A stretch of DNA of 46,688 nt from an uncultured bacterium (GTDB lineage: Bacteria; Verrucomicrobiota; Verrucomicrobiia; Verrucomicrobiales; DEV007): NCBI GenBank assembly GCA_963977015.1, contig CAXBMO010000036.1:1-46688 (forward strand), written 5' to 3'. Both the position numbers and the translations under genes were made by a program. This document shows positions 1 to 9,230 of this stretch, piece by piece; position 1 is the first letter of the stretch, and every line of letters starts with the position of its first letter. The notes beneath the pieces were generated by a model. It saw only the letters and a program-made list of their open reading frames with translations, did no database searches and was not told the origin of the DNA.

Positions 1-700
1 GAGCACTTGGCGTTGGCGCCGGTTGAGCCGGAGCACTTGGCGTTGGCGCAGGTTGAGCCGGAGCGCTTGGCGTTGGCGCAGGTTGTGTCGGAGCACTTGG
101 CGTTGGCGCAGGTTGAGCCGGAGCGCTTGGCGTGGACGCCGGTTGAGCCGGAGCACTTGGCGTTGGCGCCGGTTGAGCCGGAGCACTTGGCGTTGGCGCA
201 GGTTGGGCCGGAGCACTTGGCGTTGGCGCAGGTTGAGCCGGAGCACTTGGCGTGGACGTCGGTTGAGCCGGAGCACTGGGCGCGGGCGTCGGTTGAGCCG
301 GAGCACTTGGCGTTGGCGCAGGTTGAGCCGGCGCGCTTGGCGTGGACATCGGTTGAGCCGGAGCACTTGGCGGAGGCGCGGGTTGTGTCGGAGCACTTGG
401 CGGAGGCGTCGGTTGAGCCGGAGCGCTTGGCGTGGACGTTGGTTGAGCCGGAGCGCTTGGCGTGGACGTTGGTTGAGCCGGAGCGCTTGGCGTGGACGTC
501 GGTTGAGCCGGAGCGCTTGGCGTGGACGTCGGTTGAGCCGGAGCGCTTGGTGCCGACGTTGGCTGAGCCGGAGCACTTGGCGCGGGCGTCGGTTGAGCCG
601 GAGCGCTTGGTGCGGGCGTCGGCTGAGCCGGGGCGCTCGGTGCGGGCGTTGGTTCTGCCGGAGCACTTGGCGTTGGCTCAGGCTCAGCCGGAGCACCCGG
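1..700. repeat. 30-bp coding tandem repeat (~23 copies), minus-strand unit ~PAQPAPTPSA
   Basis: Unit gagcacttggcgttggcgcaggttgagccg with variants, two per 60-nt line, degenerating towards 700. Confidence 0.97.
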
Positions 701-2029
701 CGTTGGCGTCACCACAACTGGCGTGCCCGGTGCGGGCGTGGGTTGATCCTCACTTTTCACCAATGCAGCACCTGCTTCCACATTCGAAAGACGACCGGTC
801 AATAAATCTGCCCCGTGCTTGTAGCCAAAATTCTGCAACGCCTCAATGACGCCATCGGGATCCTGATTCGCTTTCGCGGCTTTCTCCGCAATTTCATTGA
901 AATCCGGATTCCCGGTGAAATTGGAGTCCAGAAACCAGCCATGAATCGCCGCGGCAACCAGGTGATACTGCGCCGCCGGATCGTCCTTCGTCGAAACATG
1001 GTCAAAGAGGCTCTCATAAAAGTTGCCCCAACCAAAAGGCCGCCAAACATCTTTGTTCTTCAGGTTTCCCAAGTAAAAGAGAAACTCCGAAACGTTCTCT
1101 TCCACGCTCAGCCCCTTGCCGTTTGCCGGCGCCTGATCGCCGTTCCAAAAGGCCAGATTGCTCGGTAGGGGAAACAGCCCCTTCTCGCCCAGACTGTGGG
1201 TCGCATCCGGATTCGCCTTCCCACTCTTCAACGCCATCTCCGCATTCATCGTGGCGAACGCATCCTGAAGCGTCAGCGGAACAAAATCCTCGCCATGAGC
1301 CGACTCTTCCAGACTGAAATTCACCGAATCGATCGCATTTTTCAACGCGCCATAATTCCTCGAGAAAAACTCCGGCTTCGTCAGGTTGTCGACCTGCAGC
1401 CCCGCCCCCACAAAAAGATTTCGCGAACTCGCCGGATCTTCGTCCAGCTTCCCCTGCCCTTTGGCGTAAGCCAGGACTCCGTCCAGATACATCTTGGCAA
1501 AACCGGTGGTCCCCAAGGCGTGCGCAGCCGCCACATCGCCACTGTTGGAGGCGAAAAACGGCTCCACCAACGCCGCCGGAGGATTGCCGGTATGCAGACT
1601 TTTCCCACCCCGTTCACTTGAGCTCAGGATCTTCACGCCGCGGTCGCGAAGTTTCAGCTTGGCGAGCATTGAATCCTGCAAGGCGCGACAGAGCGCCAGC
1701 GACTTCGTGCTCCCACTGGACAACGTCTCGATTCCGGTCGCCGAAGGACTGGCCGAGTTGAAGTGCAACTCAATGCTGATGTCCGCCCCGGAATCATCCA
1801 CCTTGGCATAGGCGTCCTCGATCTCCTTGGAATAGCCGGACGACTTCTCGCGATTGATCCGAATGACTTCCAGCGAGCGATACGAGTTCCAGATCATATT
1901 GCTGGAACTCAACTTGATCATCTCGTCAGCGATCTCGTTGTTGAAATCGAACTCATACTTGTTGATGGGAGCCGGAGCCTTCGCCCCTTTGGCTTGCGAA
2001 TTGTGTCCGACGACGACTGCTACTTTCAT
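1..2029 (-). CDS. N-acetylmuramoyl-L-alanine amidase (Amidase_3) with central lysozyme/SLT-like domain and long Pro/Ala/Thr repeat region; 3' end outside window
   Basis: Hand-translated: ATG at 2029-2027 preceded by AGGAGG, frame open to the window edge (absent from ORF track because there is no stop). MKVAVVVGHNS...KYEFDFN...IELHFNS...ALVEPFFASN gives the Amidase_3 Zn ligands H/E/H and catalytic E. Confidence 0.85.
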   Translation of the reverse strand, partial: MKVAVVVGHNSQAKGAKAPAPINKYEFDFNNEIADEMIKLSSSNMIWNSYRSLEVIRINREKSSGYSKEIEDAYAKVDDSGADISIELHFNSASPSATGIETLSSGSTKSLALCRALQDSMLAKLKLRDRGVKILSSSERGGKSLHTGNPPAALVEPFFASNSGDVAAAHALGTTGFAKMYLDGVLAYAKGQGKLDEDPASSRNLFVGAGLQVDNLTKPEFFSRNYGALKNAIDSVNFSLEESAHGEDFVPLTLQDAFATMNAEMALKSGKANPDATHSLGEKGLFPLPSNLAFWNGDQAPANGKGLSVEENVSEFLFYLGNLKNKDVWRPFGWGNFYESLFDHVSTKDDPAAQYHLVAAAIHGWFLDSNFTGNPDFNEIAEKAAKANQDPDGVIEALQNFGYKHGADLLTGRLSNVEAGAALVKSEDQPTPAPGTPVVVTPTPGAPAEPEPTPSAPAEPTPAPSAPAQPTPAPSAPAQPTPAPSAPAQPTSAPSAPAQPTSTPSAPAQPTSTPSAPAQPTSTPSAPAQPTSTPSAPAQPTPPPSAPTQPAPPPSAPAQPMSTPSAPAQPAPTPSAPAQPTPAPSAPAQPTSTPSAPAQPAPTPSAPAQPAPTPSAPAQPAPTPSAPAQPASTPSAPAQPAPTPSAPTQPAPTPSAPAQPAPTPSAPAQPAPTPSA

Positions 2030-2170
2030 GGAAAATCCTCCTGATTGAGTTGAGATTACATTCTTCCCTTTAGATTGGGGTCAGGACCTCATTCAGGCAA
2101 CCCTTTGCTTGGCAAAAAATTGCTGCGAAACGAATTGCCCGATGGCATCCAAATGCCCTATTTTAGGAGC

Positions 2171-2767
2171 ATGAAAACGCAATTCGCGATCCTCCTGCGC
2201 TTTCCCACGTGCCTACTCGCACTGGTGAGCTTCCTCGCTTGCTCGCCCGAAACCACCGGCAAAGTCCCGCCAACCAGCGATGCTGAATTGATCCGCCTCA
2301 TTGCCGCGCACGGCTCCGCAGTCGAAACGACCCTCGAGAACCTGCCGGAGATCGAGAAGAAGATGCTCGCCGGAGCACCATCGCCCCTCCAGGCTGCGGA
2401 TGCGGTTCTGGCTGAAGCCACCCCGGAGCAAAAGGCGAACTACATCTCCCGGCTGGAGAGCGTCCTCAACGCGAGAGCCTTCCTGCTCGAAGAATGCAGC
2501 GGCCTGGACAACGGCGTTTACCAAGCCGCCGCCGAAGTCCCCGAGATGAAGAAGATCGCCGACCAGGCCCTTGCCCGGACCGGTATGGAGCCCAAGGGCA
2601 AAACCACCTACGAGGTCATGTCTGAAATGACTTCCGGTCAGGATGCCGCCATGCTCACCGCATTGGCCGTCACCATTGCAGAGCGAGACACCGAGACCAA
2701 GGAAGCGCTCCGAACGAAGTTCCGCGAAATCGCAGCCAAGTTCAAAGAGCAGCAGTCTGACAATTAA
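2171..2767 (+). CDS. Hypothetical lipoprotein
   Basis: AGGAG before ATG 2171; MKTQFAILLRFPTCLLALVSFLAC lipobox-like signal; helical mature region. Confidence 0.7.
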   Translation: MKTQFAILLRFPTCLLALVSFLACSPETTGKVPPTSDAELIRLIAAHGSAVETTLENLPEIEKKMLAGAPSPLQAADAVLAEATPEQKANYISRLESVLNARAFLLEECSGLDNGVYQAAAEVPEMKKIADQALARTGMEPKGKTTYEVMSEMTSGQDAAMLTALAVTIAERDTETKEALRTKFREIAAKFKEQQSDN

Positions 2768-2788
2768 AGCATTCCGAATTGCGCGGCG

Positions 2789-4084
2789 TCAGGGAACGGG
2801 CATCGCTTCGCTGACCGGGATTTCCTCGCGCAATAATTTCGCAGCTTCGCCGGTGAGTTGCAGGTAGTGATCACTGGGCAGACCTTCGTAGGTCAGAAAT
2901 GAAACTCCGTCGCCGACCGGCGGTTGGTTGGTGCATTTGAAGATGGCGGTTCCTTCGTCAACTTCATCGAACATCGCGACGTAGATCATCTCCGCACCAG
3001 CCCGTTTTGCCGCCACCACCTGCGACCAGAAAAACTGCCCTTTCAAGCGCGGGATGGATCCCAGTTCAGCGCCTTTCAAATTGTGCCAACTGAATCCGGG
3101 AAAGACAACCGGGAGATAATCCAAACCGTGTTCCCGGCTCCACGCGAGATCGGGCTGCCAAACGTTGACTCCATGTCGCGCCGCTTCTTTTGGATTGCGA
3201 TAGCGACCGACCGTCCACGGGCTGATGACGTCGGCCAGCTTCAGCACTTCGTGGAGCGCCGGATCCGGAATCGAATCCCGATGCAGCTCTCGCCAGCCGG
3301 TGGGAATTCCCAACATGATGGCGCAGCCTTCCCGCTTCAGCCCGACCATCAGATCCCGGCATTCGGCGAGGGTGTATTTCCGGCCGTCGTTGAATCCGAT
3401 TCCCCAAATCGCGACCAACGGCTTTGCGCCGTGACGCAGGTAGGCAGGGTCCTCGCCCATCTTCATCGTATTGCGAAGCTGAACCCAATCCGTCAGCACA
3501 CGATCCGTCTCGCCCTTCGCCAACCCGCTCAAATCATACATCACCACGTAGGCACGTCCGTTGCGATTCGCCCCCTCCCGAGCATGCGCCAACACCGTGT
3601 TCTTGTGATGCAAGGTCTTCTCGTTCTTGATTCCGTTGGCAAAGCGCTGGACGAACGCCCCATCGATTCCGTAGTCGCGCATCCACTCGAAGTGGCGCAG
3701 GACGGTTTGGCGATTGGCGCTGCTGAACACCTCGGCCGTCCTTCCATCGGCGAGCTTGAACTGCGTGGGATGGCGCTCCTCCGCTCCATACTCCGTCAAA
3801 TCCGGCCAGAGATCGACAGTCACGTTTCCGGGGCCAAACAGTTCGTTTCTCCTTTGGCTCCAGTGCGTCCAGCCCAGGCCCATTCCATCGCCTTCGCAGT
3901 TGAACCAACCCTGGTATCCGCACATCACCTTGCCGGTTAGGGTGGAGGTATCGACGCCCTTCACAACCGGTCCGGCATAGGGCCGCAGGAGCGATTCTGA
4001 CGGCGGCGATTCGAGATCGGCTGCTTTCGCCAAGAACGGAAGGCACGCCAGAACGAGGCCGGCGAAGAGTGGGACTTTCATCAC
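2789..4084 (-). CDS. Secreted glycoside hydrolase, GH71/GH99-like
   Basis: Signal peptide; motifs KVMCGYQGWF, YGIDGAFVQRF, PGFSWHN, YVAMFDEVDEGTAI typical of this family. Confidence 0.8.
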   Translation of the reverse strand: MMKVPLFAGLVLACLPFLAKAADLESPPSESLLRPYAGPVVKGVDTSTLTGKVMCGYQGWFNCEGDGMGLGWTHWSQRRNELFGPGNVTVDLWPDLTEYGAEERHPTQFKLADGRTAEVFSSANRQTVLRHFEWMRDYGIDGAFVQRFANGIKNEKTLHHKNTVLAHAREGANRNGRAYVVMYDLSGLAKGETDRVLTDWVQLRNTMKMGEDPAYLRHGAKPLVAIWGIGFNDGRKYTLAECRDLMVGLKREGCAIMLGIPTGWRELHRDSIPDPALHEVLKLADVISPWTVGRYRNPKEAARHGVNVWQPDLAWSREHGLDYLPVVFPGFSWHNLKGAELGSIPRLKGQFFWSQVVAAKRAGAEMIYVAMFDEVDEGTAIFKCTNQPPVGDGVSFLTYEGLPSDHYLQLTGEAAKLLREEIPVSEAMPVP

Positions 4085-6663
4085 CGTGAAGCCTTGGGCT
4101 TGCCTCCGACAATTCCCAGGTCATGGATCGACCAATATCCACTGCTTTTCGCCGTCTGGGTGATTTTGATAAACCGGGCCGACTGTTCTTTGAACTCGAT
4201 GATCGTTTTGGCGTTGTCGCCTTTGCCGGCCGCGACAGGTTCCCCCCAGGTTTTTCCATCGAGAGAAAGCGACACTTCGTATCCCTTCGGATAGTCGCCC
4301 CTCGATCCCGCAGCATCCAATATCAACCCGGTGACGGGCGTGATGGAAGGCAGTTCGATTTGCACCCACATTCCGGGAATGCGATGGGTTCCTGTGGTGT
4401 ATCGCGTCTCCAGTTGTCCGTCGATCGCCCTCCCCAGGTGTTTCGCATTGTGGCTTGCCGTGAGTTTCCAGCGATCTTTTTCCCCCAACAGTTGGGGCAC
4501 ACTGGCGAGCAGCTCCTCCACCGTCCAGGGTTTGGTTCGGCTCTTGGTTTCTTCGCGAACCCTGGCCACTTCGGACTCACTGACAAAGCCCAACTTGTTG
4601 CCGAAACTGTTCCGAATATAGGACAAAACCGCAGCAACCCAGGCGTCGCCATTTGACGCCATGGAAATCATTTCCCCCGGATAAACCTTGCCCTCGATCG
4701 GACCGGTCAGCCCATGGAGAACGACCTTGGTTCCCAGTTCGCGATGTCCCGACAGAATCTCCGAACCCACAAAGCTCGGGGCCAGCGTCAGGGTTCCGTC
4801 GCCGCCCGGAATTTTCGTTCCTTTTCCGTCCGCTCCGTGGCAGGCGAAACAGAGCGCCTGATAAATCGTCTGGCCTTCCTTGTACTGGGCCAATTGCGCG
4901 GAGCTGAGCTTCGGAGGCGGCTGACTTCCTCCAGACAAGAGCTGTTTTCCAAAAGCCTGAACTCCGGCGCTGTCGTTCCCGGCGAGGGTCGCGGCGATCA
5001 CTTCCTGGTAGGTCGCAAACTTCAACAACTTGGCCGTCATCAATGCCTGGGTCGCAACGTTGGGATCCGAATCGTTCGCCATCGCGATGATGTCCTGCTC
5101 CAACTCCGTCTCTCCGGCTTTAAACAGCGTTTCACTGGCTCGAATCGCGGCTTGGCGAACCGAGGCGTCCGGGTCCAGGAATTTCTCGCGAACGAATTCC
5201 AGGCTCAAACTCCCCAGCCCCTCCAGCGTCCAAATTGCATGCATGCGGGCCAGATCGCTTCCGCTCTCCCGCGCCAGTTTCTCCAACGCCGGCACGACCG
5301 ATTGATCCCCCCGCAAAATGAGAAGCTTTTGAGCGGTATCACGCCACCAACCATTGGGATGTTCGAGATGAGCCACCAGCTCTGCCGCTGATTCTTCGAG
5401 CATCCTGGGCTGTGGCCCCGGCTCAAAATCCTTGTGCACCAATCGATAAATCCGCCCGCGCCCCGTGTTCTTCGCGAAGCCGTATTCATCAATCACGCCA
5501 CGAAGATACGAACCCGGCTTCGTCCAGTTTCCCTGCTGGATAATACCGCGATACATATCCACAATATACAAACAACCATCCGGACCATTCACCATGTTCA
5601 TCGCGCGAAAGTTGGGATCCGTTGAACGAATGAACTCGCTTCCCGGATGGGCATTGCGGAGATAGGTGATGCCATCGCGAACTTCCACCTTGCTGCGACG
5701 GATCAACCGTCCAACCGGTTCGGAAAAGAAAAGATCGCCACGGAGTTCTTCGGGCAGTCGATCGCCGCGGAAAATCTCTTCCCCACAGGTCGCCGTGAAG
5801 TGATTCAGCGTATGGTTCTCAGGGCGAAACCGCTTGGTGCCACCCTGCACGTCCGGAATCCCGACCAGGGGAAACACCTCCCGATACCCGGCCGGAAACT
5901 GGTCTGCCACATTGAACTGACCATAGACGATCGGTTGCTGAAAATTCAGCGGGCCACGCTCGCCTCCCGCGTTCACAAACCAGGGCTTGCCGTGATCATC
6001 CTGACACAGCCCCCATTGACCACCATTGGCCGCAGTTTTCTCCTTGAACGCGAGCCCGTTTGGATTGTAGCGAAGCCGGTAGGCGTTGTAGGTGGTGTAA
6101 ATCCAGTTGTCCATCGACCAAATCAGGCCGCTGGGTTGATGCTCCATGTTCCCGCCCCTCGGTCCACCTTCGTAAAACAGGGTCTTCTCGTCGGCAACGC
6201 CGTCCCCATTGGTGTCGCGATAGGAATAGACATCCAACGTGTTCGTCTCATTGATCAACACGCGATCATCCAACGGCAGCACCATCCTCGGAAGCAGCAG
6301 GTTATCCGCAAAGACGCTGTGCTTATCCATCACCCCATCGCCATTCGTGTCTTCGTGAAGCGATACCCGGCTCGTGGGTTCGCTCTCACCGGTCGAATCC
6401 GCATCCTGCATGTAGGTGCGCATTTCAACGACATACAGCCGCCCGTTGCCATCAAACGCGCAGACGACCGGCTCGGCGATGTCGGGCTCGGTTACGACCG
6501 GCTCCAAGGCATAGCCTTCGGGGAGCTCGAACGTCTTCAGGCTGTCCTCAACGGAAAGATAAGGGAGCGAGCCGGTGGGTTCATAGACCTTTACGGATTC
6601 CGCAACGAGTGAGGTGACCGCTGCCAGGCACAGACAGCCGGTGATCAGTGGGGATTTCAACAT
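4081..6663 (-). CDS. PVC-type haem-binding membrane-bound dehydrogenase-like protein (beta-propeller + HEAT + cytochrome c + F5/8 type C domain)
   Basis: Likely start MLKSPLITG at 6663; GPDGCLYIVDMYR, HPNGWWRDTAQ, CFACHG (CxxCH), C-terminal RAIDG..RY..W.QIEL..ARFIKITQ discoidin-like domain; overlaps next gene. Confidence 0.85.
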   Translation of the reverse strand: MLKSPLITGCLCLAAVTSLVAESVKVYEPTGSLPYLSVEDSLKTFELPEGYALEPVVTEPDIAEPVVCAFDGNGRLYVVEMRTYMQDADSTGESEPTSRVSLHEDTNGDGVMDKHSVFADNLLLPRMVLPLDDRVLINETNTLDVYSYRDTNGDGVADEKTLFYEGGPRGGNMEHQPSGLIWSMDNWIYTTYNAYRLRYNPNGLAFKEKTAANGGQWGLCQDDHGKPWFVNAGGERGPLNFQQPIVYGQFNVADQFPAGYREVFPLVGIPDVQGGTKRFRPENHTLNHFTATCGEEIFRGDRLPEELRGDLFFSEPVGRLIRRSKVEVRDGITYLRNAHPGSEFIRSTDPNFRAMNMVNGPDGCLYIVDMYRGIIQQGNWTKPGSYLRGVIDEYGFAKNTGRGRIYRLVHKDFEPGPQPRMLEESAAELVAHLEHPNGWWRDTAQKLLILRGDQSVVPALEKLARESGSDLARMHAIWTLEGLGSLSLEFVREKFLDPDASVRQAAIRASETLFKAGETELEQDIIAMANDSDPNVATQALMTAKLLKFATYQEVIAATLAGNDSAGVQAFGKQLLSGGSQPPPKLSSAQLAQYKEGQTIYQALCFACHGADGKGTKIPGGDGTLTLAPSFVGSEILSGHRELGTKVVLHGLTGPIEGKVYPGEMISMASNGDAWVAAVLSYIRNSFGNKLGFVSESEVARVREETKSRTKPWTVEELLASVPQLLGEKDRWKLTASHNAKHLGRAIDGQLETRYTTGTHRIPGMWVQIELPSITPVTGLILDAAGSRGDYPKGYEVSLSLDGKTWGEPVAAGKGDNAKTIIEFKEQSARFIKITQTAKSSGYWSIHDLGIVGGKPKASR

Positions 6664-6740
6664 TTTGGGATTTTTCGGATCGTGATACAACAGGTGATGA
6701 TCTGGATTTACATATCTTAGCAATTTCCAAGGTTCACTAT

Positions 6741-7397
6741 TTATTCGACCGTCTGCTCGACTCCGACCCGGTCCAGAACTTCCTGAGGAGGCCCGGAAAA
6801 GACTCCCGAAGCGACGTTTCCAACGTAGCCGATCGCTTTCCAACCTTCGGTGGTCGAATAGTAGGCACCCGCCGCAATCATCGTGAACTTGTGGAAAAAG
6901 CCGGCCAGAGGATGCTTGTCGGCAGACACAATCGACGTGCAAAATGCGTCGCGCTCCGTCGGGTCGAGGTCCGCGAACGACTTTTGGTATTTCGCCTTCG
7001 CCGCTTCTTCGAATCTGGTGAGCCCCGGCATCACGACCTCGCGGTCCCGTTGCTGATTCGGATACGGCGCGCTGACCCACTCGTCGATGTAGTCGGGAAC
7101 CCGGACGGTGCTGGCGGCGGGGCCGAAGTCATCCTCGGGCAGAATCGTATCGGCGAGGGCGGTGACGATTTTCCGTTGTTCGTCGGTGAACGTCAGTGGC
7201 CAGACATCGCCGGGTTCATAGAACTTTACCAGGTTCGGGTCCGTTCCGTAGCCCTTGGTGGCAGGCGCGGGAGCTGATTGCCCCAAGGCGGACATCGACG
7301 CCCCGAGAGGACCGGTCGCGGCGGTGGCGCCAATCCATTGCAGGACGGTGCGGCGGGAAAGACGGGTGGTGGATTCGTTGGTCTCGTGATTCATCAT
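6741..7397 (-). CDS. Gluconate 2-dehydrogenase subunit 3 family protein (Tat-exported partner of GMC oxidoreductase)
   Basis: SRRTVL Tat motif; LADTILP, AGAYYSTTEGWKAIGYVGN; adjacent to GMC gene. Confidence 0.85.
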   Translation of the reverse strand: MMNHETNESTTRLSRRTVLQWIGATAATGPLGASMSALGQSAPAPATKGYGTDPNLVKFYEPGDVWPLTFTDEQRKIVTALADTILPEDDFGPAASTVRVPDYIDEWVSAPYPNQQRDREVVMPGLTRFEEAAKAKYQKSFADLDPTERDAFCTSIVSADKHPLAGFFHKFTMIAAGAYYSTTEGWKAIGYVGNVASGVFSGPPQEVLDRVGVEQTVE

Positions 7398-7421
7398 CGT
7401 AGGTGCGTTCCGTGGTTGAGA

Positions 7422-9221
7422 TTAAAGGTTTCCTTTTTTGGATTCTTCGATCATGCGGTCAGCGCATCGCCAGGCCAGCGCCATGATCGTTTCGGTCGGA
7501 TTCTTGTCCGCGTTGGAGGCGAAGGGCGAGCCGTCACAGAGAAAGAGGTTCTTCACGTCCCACGTCTGGTTCCACTGGTTGCAAACCGACTTCGCAGGAT
7601 CGTCGCCCATGATCGCGCCACCCACTTCGTGGATGACCTGACCACCCTTGAGAATCGAGTCGCGCCCGGACTTCCCTCCCCCACCCATCGGGGTTCCGCC
7701 CATTTCACCGATCAACTGCTCAAACGTGCGCTGCGCGTGATCCGCCATCGCCAGTTCCTGCTCGCTCCACTTCCAATGCCACTTCATCACCGGGATTCCC
7801 CACTTGTCCTTCACGTCGGGATCCAGCTCGGCATACGAGTCTTCGTTCGGGATCATTTCGCCGCGACAGGCGTAGGAGACAAAGGAGCCATAGTAACGAC
7901 GCGCCTCCTCTTTCAGCTTGGTCCCGAACAGCCCTTTCAGGTATTCGCCCGGAACGGGACTGGTGCCCCGCGGCATCCTGCGCGTGCCGCCAATCTCGAT
8001 GTGATACCCGCGGGAGAAATCCATTTTCCCAGCTTTCTGGTCACCGTAGAGCCACCACGGACTGTAAAAGTGGCCACCGCCGGCGCCGTCGTCATTGTGG
8101 GGCGGCAAATTCTCAAGCGCCGGAATTTGCCCGCGCAGATCGGACCCCACCGTATCCATGATGTACTTGCCGACGAGACCACTGCGATTCGCCACCCCTT
8201 GCGGAAACTGGCCATTGGCCGAATTCAACAGAATCCGGACGGTTTCGCCGCTGCTCGCCGCGAGGACGACCGACTTCCCTTTGACCCGTTCCTCCTTGCC
8301 GGAGGTTCGATCGATGAAGAGGACTCCCGAGGCCTTGCCGTTTTGATCGATCAGGACCTCCCGGGCATGAGCGTCCGAAATGATGTCGAGATTCCCGGTC
8401 GCAAGCGCCGGCGGCAAATGGACGGTCGTGCTTTGGTAGTTCGCGCGAATGCTGCAACCGCGCCCACAGGGAGTCGCCCAAAAACAGGCGGCGCGGCCCC
8501 GCATCGATTCCCCGACAATCTTCTGCGCGTTCTCGTCATCAGGATGCAGTAGGGCCGGCAACGTGGCCGCATCCTGGGGCTTGGTCAGGACCGCGCGATG
8601 AATCGGCACCACCGGAACTCCGAGCTTCTTCCCCGCTTTCTGGGTGATCAAATCGCCAATGCGTCCCTTCGGTGGCGGCTGAAGCACTCCCGGAGGCGAG
8701 TCCGGCGTATTTTCGAGCCCTTCGTTGGAACCATAAACCCCAATCAAGCGCTCAACCCGGGTATAGTAGGGCTCGACATCCTCATAGGAAATCGGCCAGT
8801 CAAATCCCAGCCCGTCGCGACTGTAGGGCTTGAAGTCGTAGGGGCCATTGCGCAGGCTGATTCGGCCCCAGTGATTCGTGCGCCCTCCCAACATCCTCGC
8901 CCGCCACCACATGAATTGTTCCGCATCCTCCTTGCTCGCCTGGGTGTAGGGCTCGCCGGGCACCTGCCATCCGCCATCCACCGTGGCATCGTGAAACCCA
9001 AACGGTTTGTCCGGCGTCGAGGTCCCACCGAGCGGCGCCTGCGCTCCGGTTTGAAACATGGGCGTCTCCATCGCCGGATCATAGGATCGGCCTGCCTCCA
9101 ACATGAGACATTTTACGCCGGCAAGCGTCAGCGTATAGGCCATCTGGCCTCCGCCGGCTCCCGAGCCAACAATGATGACGTCGTATTCTGGTTTTGCTTT
9201 CGAGATGGGTATAATGGGCAT
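7422..9221 (-). CDS. GMC family FAD oxidoreductase
   Basis: IIVGSGAGG FAD motif, LGGRTNHW, C-terminal IHEVGGAIMG and NPTETIMALAWR. Confidence 0.93.
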   Translation of the reverse strand: MPIIPISKAKPEYDVIIVGSGAGGGQMAYTLTLAGVKCLMLEAGRSYDPAMETPMFQTGAQAPLGGTSTPDKPFGFHDATVDGGWQVPGEPYTQASKEDAEQFMWWRARMLGGRTNHWGRISLRNGPYDFKPYSRDGLGFDWPISYEDVEPYYTRVERLIGVYGSNEGLENTPDSPPGVLQPPPKGRIGDLITQKAGKKLGVPVVPIHRAVLTKPQDAATLPALLHPDDENAQKIVGESMRGRAACFWATPCGRGCSIRANYQSTTVHLPPALATGNLDIISDAHAREVLIDQNGKASGVLFIDRTSGKEERVKGKSVVLAASSGETVRILLNSANGQFPQGVANRSGLVGKYIMDTVGSDLRGQIPALENLPPHNDDGAGGGHFYSPWWLYGDQKAGKMDFSRGYHIEIGGTRRMPRGTSPVPGEYLKGLFGTKLKEEARRYYGSFVSYACRGEMIPNEDSYAELDPDVKDKWGIPVMKWHWKWSEQELAMADHAQRTFEQLIGEMGGTPMGGGGKSGRDSILKGGQVIHEVGGAIMGDDPAKSVCNQWNQTWDVKNLFLCDGSPFASNADKNPTETIMALAWRCADRMIEESKKGNL

Positions 9222-9230
9222 CGTGACTAA

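Noticed and set aside
1-700. 30-bp repeats as a CRISPR array
   Set aside because: Units are contiguous with no unique spacers, are in-frame coding, and there are no cas genes.
7-849. Plus-strand repeat ORFs (280 aa and 260 aa Arg-rich)
   Set aside because: Shadow frames of the minus-strand amidase repeat, which has an RBS and catalytic motifs.
6664-7080. N-terminal extension of the 999-aa ORF
   Set aside because: Overlaps the gluconate dehydrogenase subunit gene; the signal peptide starts at 6663.
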